From: Paramicrosporidium saccamoebae KSL3
Lineage: Eukaryota > Fungi > Cryptomycota
Length of the DNA stretch: 5,718 nt
Assembly (NCBI GenBank): GCA_002794465.1
Contig: MTSL01000162.1
Span: 1 to 5,718 of the forward strand
Direction: 5' to 3'
The notes below the pieces were generated by a model that was given only the letters and a program-made list of their open reading frames with translations, ran no database searches and had not been told where the DNA came from. The translations under genes and the position numbers were made by a program. Positions within the stretch are counted from its first letter, which is position 1; each line of letters starts with the position of its first letter. This document shows positions 1-5,572 of this stretch, one piece after another.

Positions 1-96
1 GTATTTGAGGACAGTGGGATGTGTATCCATACTATCCTAGGATTAGCAGTGAACAACCCCCCTTCCCGTCTGTGGCTTTATCCCCACTACGCGACA

Positions 97-155
97 TTTT
101 TAAATGTGACGGAACAACTCCGTTAGTGGCAAATGATAAACTCAATGCTATTAAC
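97..155. repeat. Conserved intergenic element, copy 1 (downstream of gene A)
   Basis: Core 124-155 tagtggcaaatgataaactcaatgctattaac matches copies 2 and 3 at 29/32. It is preceded by the shared aatgtga motif. Confidence 0.9.
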
Positions 156-244
156 AACTAATAATAATTGAGAAAACTGTACTCTCTGAATCTAAATTTA
201 ATTTCAGTAGCGGCAAAAAGCCGAGAAGCAATCTTACCGACTAC

Positions 245-658
245 TTATTTATAATCTTCAGAGTCGTAATCACTGTCGCCATTGTCAGTCAATCTTCGGC
301 TTGGCGTCTCCTCGGTGAGCTTTGCAGTTTTTAGCGCACCCAATTGGTGCAATGTCGCTAATCTGGATCCGGGCGTCTCTACCGTAGTTCTCTGCGTGTC
401 CCGCTCCCAGGTGGGTGTGAGCAGTTCCCGCACGTCTAAATGGCTCCGCAAGCCGCATTTCTCGCCGAAAGGTTTTGAATACTCTAACAAGTCGTCCAAT
501 TCCTTCCAATTATCTGGATGTGACAAAGGGTGTGGCGAAAAGGAGCGAGAGCGCAGCTTAGCGAACAACTCGTCGGACTCACTGCCAGAAGAAGAGGCAG
601 CTATGGGGTCAAAGAAAACGAGAGAAAGGGCCAGCCGTGCAAGAGCGCTGTACTTCAT
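245..658 (-). CDS. Gene A: small predicted secreted protein (signal peptide, Ser linker, 65-aa family module, acidic tail)
   Basis: 137-aa ORF. The N-terminus MKYSALARLALSLVFFDPIAA-SSS is signal-peptide-like. It matches gene B at 18/30 N-terminal residues, and residues 45-109 match gene C residues 86-150 at 39/65 without gaps. Conserved upstream and downstream elements flank it. Confidence 0.8.
   Translation of the reverse strand: MKYSALARLALSLVFFDPIAASSSGSESDELFAKLRSRSFSPHPLSHPDNWKELDDLLEYSKPFGEKCGLRSHLDVRELLTPTWERDTQRTTVETPGSRLATLHQLGALKTAKLTEETPSRRLTDNGDSDYDSEDYK
332..526 (-). repeat. Family N-terminal module, copy in gene A (partner 4698-4892)
   Basis: LSHPDNWKEL...VRELLTPTWERDTQRTTVETPGSRLATLHQLGAL versus LSDQENWDEL...VRELLTPIWGWDTQGTTAETPGSRLMTLYKLGAL. 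Confidence 0.95.
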
Positions 659-697
659 GAGTCAACCAAGGCAGTGGCTTGTGAGGCAGGGGATCAC

Positions 698-730
698 TTT
701 TTAACTGCAACTTCGATACATTCCAATTGG
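698..730 (-). promoter_or_regulatory. Putative core promoter of gene A (TTAA box plus palindromic CCAATTGG)
   Basis: TTTTTAA at 698-704 and TTCCAATTGG at 721-730 lie about 40 and 63 bp upstream of the ATG, with equivalent positions upstream of B and C. Confidence 0.55.
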
Positions 731-913
731 TCGTTGCAGTGCTTTGCGTGTCTATCTATCGCATCATAAGTGTCCCGTGGTGATACAACAGCCTACATAC
801 AGGAGCTCCTTATCGTGACACTTTAAGCGAGTGCTCCTTTTATTAAATATCGTCTTCATTTATGAGGCAAGACTCCCCGTCAGATCGTAACGCCCAATGA
901 GAGTTATTAGACC

Positions 914-1060
914 TTAAACATGGCGAGTTGGCTCACCACGTCTCAACAAGTACCACAGACTTTGGCAGACAAGAGAAAGCTTGTTCATTGTGATTTACAT
1001 AGCCCCACAAACGACGTCCGTGATTTACTGAATGGAATAGTTCCATTTCCAAGCATTGCA
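914..1060 (-). pseudogene. Possible decayed fourth unit: degenerate promoter plus 24-aa micro-ORF (914-988)
   Basis: 1047-1078 aligns to the B upstream region 1813-1845. An ATG sits at 988, 59 bp from the degenerate ttccaa. The micro-ORF MNKLSLVCQSLWYLLRRGEPTRHV* has CTT TCT CTT GTC, resembling the LSLV codons of A. Confidence 0.3.
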
Positions 1061-1104
1061 ACTCAGCCAGCTAGTGATCTGGAGACGCAGAGCTATCATC
1101 TTTC

Positions 1105-1167
1105 ACCTATTTAAAATGTGAGGGACCAATTCCATTAGTGGCAAATGATAAAATCCATGCTATTGAC
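1105..1167. repeat. Conserved intergenic element, copy 2 (downstream of gene B)
   Basis: Core 1136-1167 tagtggcaaatgataaaatccatgctattgac is identical to 1921-1952. It is preceded by acctatttaaaatgtga. Confidence 0.95.
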
Positions 1168-1256
1168 ATTTAATAATAGTTTTCTCAACTATATTTTCTG
1201 GACCTAGATCTGGTTTCAGTAATTGCAAAAGACACGCCAGCCACCCTATCGATTAC

Positions 1257-1748
1257 TTATTTGAGATCCTTTGGTTCGTCCTCCTTGTTTCCATTGTTAG
1301 CGGGCTTTGCAACTAGTGCCTTTTCCTTCATGGGCTTTTCGACTTCCGGCTCTCTCAATGTGGTATGGGTGGTTCTAGGTAAATACGCCTTATCGTCTAT
1401 TTCCCGTAGCCATTCCTGTAAGTAGGGGTCTTCGTTGTCCCATGGCCATAGCCGTTTCCGTTGGTCCTGCAGGTGCTCTCGCTGGTGCAGTTGAAGTTCC
1501 CGTTCGTCTTCCTCTCTCCACCCAAATTCCCGTGCCCATTGCCGTTTCCGTTCTTGTTCGGGCTCGCCATATACGTCAAGCGGCGTCAAGTTATTGGCCT
1601 TGTGCTCCCAATTCTCTGGATGTGACGTAGAAGAATCAGATGATGGCTTAGCGGACGAATCGTTGGACTCGCTGCTAGAAGAAGAGGCAGCTATGAGGCC
1701 GACCAGGATGAGAGAAAGGACTAGTTGTGCGAGAATGTTGTACTTCAT
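1257..1748 (-). CDS. Gene B: small predicted secreted protein, paralog of A with a Glu/Arg/Trp-rich core
   Basis: 163-aa ORF. The leader MKYNILAQLVLSLILVGLIAA-SSSS has a good hydrophobic core. It shares the SHP(E/D)NW motif and the C-terminal AL..AK...NG..D.K* pattern with A. Its 3' flank is alignable to that of A. Confidence 0.8.
   Translation of the reverse strand: MKYNILAQLVLSLILVGLIAASSSSSESNDSSAKPSSDSSTSHPENWEHKANNLTPLDVYGEPEQERKRQWAREFGWREEDERELQLHQREHLQDQRKRLWPWDNEDPYLQEWLREIDDKAYLPRTTHTTLREPEVEKPMKEKALVAKPANNGNKEDEPKDLK
1438..1552 (-). repeat. In-frame internal direct repeat in gene B (90-bp spacing)
   Basis: 1438-1462 tcccatggccatagccgtttccgtt versus 1528-1552 tcccgtgcccattgccgtttccgtt (22/25), encoding QRKRLWPWD and ERKRQWARE. 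Confidence 0.75.
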
Positions 1749-1790
1749 GAGTCAGTTGAAGCGGGGCGGCTGGTCAGACAGGCGATCGCT

Positions 1791-1822
1791 CTTAAACCGT
1801 TTTATTGATGCATTCCAATTGG
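1791..1822 (-). promoter_or_regulatory. Putative core promoter of gene B
   Basis: CTTAAA at 1791-1796 and TTCCAATTGG at 1813-1822 lie about 44 and 65 bp upstream of the ATG. Confidence 0.55.
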
Positions 1823-1888
1823 TTGCATCTCAACCAGCCATTGATTCAGCCTACTTACTTACTGATGAGTCCAGAGTTATAGTCTTCC

Positions 1889-1952
1889 ACCTATTTAGAA
1901 TGTGACTGGCCCAGATCCAGTAGTGGCAAATGATAAAATCCATGCTATTGAC
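1889..1952. repeat. Conserved intergenic element, copy 3 (downstream of gene C)
   Basis: Core 1921-1952 is identical to 1136-1167. It is preceded by acctatttagaatgtga. Confidence 0.95.
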
Positions 1953-1994
1953 TATTTATGACTACTCATTGATTGTTCAGTGTCCACTGCTAAC

Positions 1995-4900
1995 TTAAAA
2001 GGTCGCCTCTGGGTCCTCGTCCTCGGCCGAATTGGAGGCATTGTTGGGCTGGTCGTTTTGAGCCGGTTCCGGCTGTTGCGTCGTCTCCACGTCCATAAGC
2101 GATGCAGAGTGGCTGTTGGTGAAAATCACCATGGCCCGGACAACATTGTAGGAATGTTGGGGTACGACATAGAGGAGAGAGGCACAAGTGCTGCTGGGGT
2201 AGGTATCATAATCGTCATGGACGAGTAAATGGGGATCAAAGACCTCTTCCGGCCCCAGCTCCAGAATTGCGTGCTGAAGAGCAGCAACCCTGCTGACGAG
2301 CGTGCAAAACTCTACTCCCGCGCGGATCACATAGTCGGGGCTGTCGTTCAGCTCCTCAGTTACTGCTTTAGTGTCCGATTTCTGTGGCGGCTGTTGCTCC
2401 TCTGTGGTCATTGAATCCACAATCTCCGGCGCCGCTTCCTTCATCTCCTGTGATTCCATATCGAAATCCGATTGTTCAACTGCAGGCACACCCTCCCAGT
2501 CGCCCAAGGAAGCGACTCCGTGACTGGTTGGCTCCACCTCTTCTTGCATGGAATTGGAGGAAGCACGGACCGTCTGATCCTGATTCAGCTCTAGATCCTC
2601 CCAATGGAACAGATTCAACCTTGCCGACTTGTGAGGATTCCTGGTGACATTAATGATCAGGCAATCGGGCGTCAGGACTGTGGAGGAAGAGCCAGTCCAG
2701 ACAGTCAACATTTTGGCCAACTGAGTAGTGGTGAGGGATTCGATAAAGGTACGGATGCAGTCGTGTAAAAGAATTTTATGACCCGGATAGAACGAGTCCA
2801 CCAATGGATTCTCCACATTCGAGAATTTGATGGCGTCAATCACGTCCTTGGCCGTCAGCAAGGGAGCATTGAAGGTGTCGAGCAATACGGAGGGCCTGCG
2901 CATAAATCTGATGCCGGCAACCCGGAAGGTTTTGTTCAGATAAAAGGCATAGTTGCGGAAGAACTCAAGGAAGCCTCTTCGGATCATCTCGTGATATTCT
3001 TCGAAAAATTTGGTGATATTGTCAAAAGTGCAACCAGAGAGATCTGCGGCTTCACAGTCCCCCAGGTCGAGCAGATTGGAAGGCTTGCCAAGGGTGGTAA
3101 AGGTTATGCCTTTTACTGTGGGGAGATACATGTCATCAGTGTAAAAGTCTTTGCGTTCGTAGCCTTGCATCAGCTTTGTGTTAATGAATTCTTTCACTCG
3201 GTCCTTATAAGTCTTGTCGTAGTATTCCATAACCGCTTCCTCGTCATCTGCATAGGGTAAGAGAGTGTAAAAGGGAAGATCGAGGGCAAAAGTTGCACGG
3301 AGGTTCTTCTGGATGGCCTTTCCCGTAAACATGCCTGCTATCAATCCTGCCTCTCCGCCCATCAACCAGGAGAACCGCTTAACGATGCCATTGACTTCAG
3401 AGAGCGGACAAATCAGTTCCTTCTCGATCCTTTTGAGGAATTGATCTATAAGTGCACGGCTTGGTCCGTCCTGATCTATCGCCTGAGGCACTTTGAGCAT
3501 CAGCTGGGAATTTGCAAATTCATCGGGATGGTTTGTCAAAAAGGCAACGGTCTCTTCGAGGTTGTGGCCATGTACCATGTCGTATTTTTCAATCTTCCAA
3601 GTGGGCTTGTTCTTAGTGTTGTGGGTGACTATGGCAACGGCGCGCAGATCATTCTCATTCTTCACCAACGCATAGCAAATTGGCGCTACATCGGGTTTCC
3701 CCTTCATAGCATGCAACACGGAGCGACGTAGATGCTTCTTCCCCCGGAAAAGATCTTCGATTGGGCAGATGCAGTCAATGACTCCCTGGACGTTGGAACG
3801 CATCATAGTGGAACACAGCTTGAGAGCCATAGTGGGCGGGGTCAGCGATGTTGAGTATTCATTTTTGCGGCTATTGACGTACTGGCTCAGATCTTTCATC
3901 GAGTTCACAAACACTGAATTCAGCAAATGGTGATACTTTTCCAAATCGGCTGGGCTGGAAGGATGCAGCAGCAAAAAGTCTACATACCACGAGTTTTTGT
4001 CAAAATTGCCCGGCAGATTGTCTGTAGCTTCCACCAGGTCGTAAAAATCGTCAAAGGAGGGGGCCGGGAGTGGAAATGTTGACTCGCAGAGCAGACAGGA
4101 CGTCACACTGGTTACCAACGATGCATCCAGGGTCGTCTGCACCTGCGTTAGGATCTCTGTCATTTCTGGCGACCAGTGCGCCAGAAGAGAGTGGACCAAT
4201 CCCAGATTTGTGGTTTGATAAATCTTGACGCGACACTCATACAAAGTTTGCACAATTTTTCCCAACGTGGCACTTTCGTATGTATCGTGTTCCGTCAACA
4301 ATAGCTTCAGGAACATTTCGGTACGCAGCGCCAACACTGCTAGGAACACTGAGTCTTCCTCCGTCATTCCTGAAATCACATGCAATAGACACTCTACAAG
4401 CTTTCCTCCCAGGTCCGAGCTCTTTGAGGCCAGGTATGCCATGACATTCGAATCGAAAATGTTCCAATTAAGATTTTTGGCTGATCGGAATAGTTTATGG
4501 TCCAGAAGACGACGCAGAGTGCGACGACTAGCCTCCGTGGGACGTGGCAGTTCGCTGTAAGCACCTTGCATGGCAATGTACTCGCTCAGCACTTCCGGCT
4601 TAAAGGTCGCCCAATGATTGAGCGTCTTTAGACAAATTCCCTCGAACGGCTCCAGTGAATCCTCAATTGTCACCGCATCCCATGCCTTTACGTGGCTTAG
4701 CGCGCCCAGTTTGTACAATGTCATCAATCTGGATCCGGGTGTCTCTGCCGTAGTTCCCTGCGTGTCCCACCCCCAGATGGGTGTGAGCAGTTCCCGCACA
4801 TGAACACCGCTCAACACTTCGCCCTTTTCGCTAAACGCCGCTGAGCACTCTGCCAAGCCGGTTAATTCGTCCCAATTTTCCTGGTCCGACAACTTGGCCA

Positions 4901-5135
4901 GGCTCATGACACCCCCAATAGACGGAATATCATGTTGTCGGAAGAGCGTCACACAGGACAGCTTCAACATTACTTCGTCGTCTGCGCCGAGCGCCTTAAT
5001 TGGGGGAATGGTTGACTGATAATCGTTCGCGGCATATCCCGTAGTAGTGGTGGTGGTCGTAGTGGTCGTTGAAGCCGCCGCAGAATCAACGAGAGCCAAG
5101 ATAATGGCCAGTCGCGACAATGCGCCCTGCTTCAT
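1995..5135 (-). CDS. Gene C: large predicted secreted protein with C-terminal divergent HECT-type E3 ubiquitin ligase domain
   Basis: Uninterrupted 1050-codon ORF (track start 5147). The second ATG at 5135 (MKQGALSRLAIILALVDSAAA-S) aligns with the MKY starts of A and B and gives the same promoter spacing, so it is preferred. It carries the family module and HECT motifs listed in the domain feature. Confidence 0.9.
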   Translation of the reverse strand: MKQGALSRLAIILALVDSAAASTTTTTTTTTTGYAANDYQSTIPPIKALGADDEVMLKLSCVTLFRQHDIPSIGGVMSLAKLSDQENWDELTGLAECSAAFSEKGEVLSGVHVRELLTPIWGWDTQGTTAETPGSRLMTLYKLGALSHVKAWDAVTIEDSLEPFEGICLKTLNHWATFKPEVLSEYIAMQGAYSELPRPTEASRRTLRRLLDHKLFRSAKNLNWNIFDSNVMAYLASKSSDLGGKLVECLLHVISGMTEEDSVFLAVLALRTEMFLKLLLTEHDTYESATLGKIVQTLYECRVKIYQTTNLGLVHSLLAHWSPEMTEILTQVQTTLDASLVTSVTSCLLCESTFPLPAPSFDDFYDLVEATDNLPGNFDKNSWYVDFLLLHPSSPADLEKYHHLLNSVFVNSMKDLSQYVNSRKNEYSTSLTPPTMALKLCSTMMRSNVQGVIDCICPIEDLFRGKKHLRRSVLHAMKGKPDVAPICYALVKNENDLRAVAIVTHNTKNKPTWKIEKYDMVHGHNLEETVAFLTNHPDEFANSQLMLKVPQAIDQDGPSRALIDQFLKRIEKELICPLSEVNGIVKRFSWLMGGEAGLIAGMFTGKAIQKNLRATFALDLPFYTLLPYADDEEAVMEYYDKTYKDRVKEFINTKLMQGYERKDFYTDDMYLPTVKGITFTTLGKPSNLLDLGDCEAADLSGCTFDNITKFFEEYHEMIRRGFLEFFRNYAFYLNKTFRVAGIRFMRRPSVLLDTFNAPLLTAKDVIDAIKFSNVENPLVDSFYPGHKILLHDCIRTFIESLTTTQLAKMLTVWTGSSSTVLTPDCLIINVTRNPHKSARLNLFHWEDLELNQDQTVRASSNSMQEEVEPTSHGVASLGDWEGVPAVEQSDFDMESQEMKEAAPEIVDSMTTEEQQPPQKSDTKAVTEELNDSPDYVIRAGVEFCTLVSRVAALQHAILELGPEEVFDPHLLVHDDYDTYPSSTCASLLYVVPQHSYNVVRAMVIFTNSHSASLMDVETTQQPEPAQNDQPNNASNSAEDEDPEATF
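2091..3578 (-). other. HECT-like domain of gene C (about residues 524-1019 of the 1050-aa ORF)
   Basis: Colinear by-eye matches to the HECT consensus: NLEETVAFL..QLMLKV..AIDQDGPSRALI (ILED..L..EF.GE.G.D.GG..REFF), AGMFTGKAIQKNLRATFALDLPFYTLL (G...GKA.......L.....FYK.LL), EMIRRGFLEFF (..FR.GF), LTAKDVIDAIKF (ID..D.....Y), FIESLTTTQLAKMLTVWTGSS (....FT.E.....L.FVTGS), and YPSSTCASLLYVVPQHS (LP.AHTCFN.L.LP.Y). The Cys codon TGT is at 2184-2186. Confidence 0.8.
4698..4892 (-). repeat. Family N-terminal module, copy in gene C (partner 332-526 in gene A)
   Basis: 195-bp in-frame, ungapped homology. DNA near-identity is visible directly, e.g. aatctggatccggg(c/t)gtctct(a/g)ccgtagtt and ggtgtgagcagttcccgcac in both copies. 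Confidence 0.95.
5040..5069 (-). repeat. Poly-Thr (10 x ACN) linker after the signal peptide of gene C
   Basis: ACG ACC ACT ACG ACC ACC ACC ACT ACT ACG, occupying the position of the Ser run in A and B. Confidence 0.9.
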
Positions 5136-5172
5136 TGCTCCCACCAAGATGGCAAATTGCCCCTAGTCGGCC

Positions 5173-5230
5173 TTTTAATTACTAGATCGATGCATTTCCA
5201 TTGGTTAAACCAATCTTGAATTCCAATTGG
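5173..5230 (-). promoter_or_regulatory. Putative core promoter of gene C with two CCAAT-type sites
   Basis: TTTTAA at 5173-5178, the variant TTCCATTGG at 5196-5204 (about 61 bp from ATG 5135, preceded by gatgcat as in B), and a perfect TTCCAATTGG at 5221-5230. Confidence 0.55.
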
Positions 5231-5240
5231 CTACAACTGT

Positions 5241-5360
5241 AGTGCCTTTTAATGTCTTTTAGGGTCTGGTAGTGTCAAGTAGTGTCTTTTAGTGTTTCCC
5301 AGTGGTCCGTAGTGTTCTACAATGCCCCACAGTGCTCTAGAGTGGCCTGTAATATCTCCT
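5241..5360. repeat. Degenerate tandem repeat, 12 units of exactly 10 bp, consensus about AGTGTCTNNT
   Basis: Units: agtgcctttt aatgtctttt agggtctggt agtgtcaagt agtgtctttt agtgtttccc agtggtccgt agtgttctac aatgccccac agtgctctag agtggcctgt aatatctcct. All 12 start with A, 8 start with AGTG, and there are no indels. Confidence 0.85.
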
Positions 5361-5516
5361 TAACCTACGTACAGGAATGAAGAAATTGGACTTATTAATC
5401 ATGGCCTATTAGTTTTCTAGTAAGGAGCCGTTATTTGATCTCTGTTACACTCTGGCGGCTCATGCAAAGGCTTAAAAATAGCCCATCCATATCTTTGCGT
5501 ATTACCCGGTATCAGA

Positions 5517-5522
5517 TTTATT
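5517..5522 (-). terminator. Candidate polyadenylation signal AATAAA for the partial right-edge gene
   Basis: tttatt on the + strand, about 50 bp after the stop codon. The hexamer is common in AT-rich DNA. Confidence 0.3.
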
Positions 5523-5572
5523 GTTTTAAATGCGCAATCGATCATTTCCCTTCAGCAGTGCAACCCCTCTGA

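Noticed and set aside
282-769. Plus-strand ORFs 282-704 and 530-769
   Set aside because: Antisense shadows of gene A. The similarity of 282-704 to ORFs 1594-1905 and 4618-4803 is fully explained by minus-strand paralogy.
801-810. Perfect palindrome AGGAGCTCCT, plus other short hairpins (94-107, 5231-5242)
   Set aside because: They are short, single, unconserved between units and compatible with chance.
920-1114. Plus-strand 64-aa ORF in the A-B intergenic region
   Set aside because: It is short and has no family features. The homologous DNA at 1813-1905 has a frame-disrupting length difference, so the frame is not conserved.
1397-1579. Alternative-frame ORF with an NGNGNGHG / NGNGYGHG repeat
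   Set aside because: It is an out-of-frame reading of the internal repeat of gene B. The B frame has the leader and family homology.
1594-1905. Plus-strand 103-aa ORF sharing EEEAAM...LYFMSQ with ORF 282-704
   Set aside because: It is the reverse complement of the conserved signal-peptide and Ser codons of B, so it gives no independent coding evidence.
124-1952. Three spaced direct repeats read as a CRISPR array or integron attC sites
   Set aside because: The spacing is 1012 and 785 bp with genes between, and there is no cas or integrase gene. The inverted repeat around copy 2 (1107-1119 / 1167-1180) is not conserved in copies 1 and 3.
1980-4803. Numerous short ORFs nested in or antisense to gene C (e.g. 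2778-3260, 4225-4560)
   Set aside because: These are expected shadows of a long coding sequence, with no recognisable motifs.
4784-4807. HVRELLTP resembling the Crinkler HVLVxxP junction motif
   Set aside because: The resemblance is superficial. There is no LFLAK domain, and His is not conserved in gene A (DVRELLTP).
5136-5147. Upstream ATG giving the MVGA extension of gene C
   Set aside because: It is not preferred as the start, because the ATG at 5135 matches the paralog N-termini and promoter spacing. It cannot be fully excluded without TSS data.
5241-5360. 10-bp array as a telomeric repeat
   Set aside because: The units are highly degenerate, lack a G-rich TTAGGG-like consensus and lie internally between genes.
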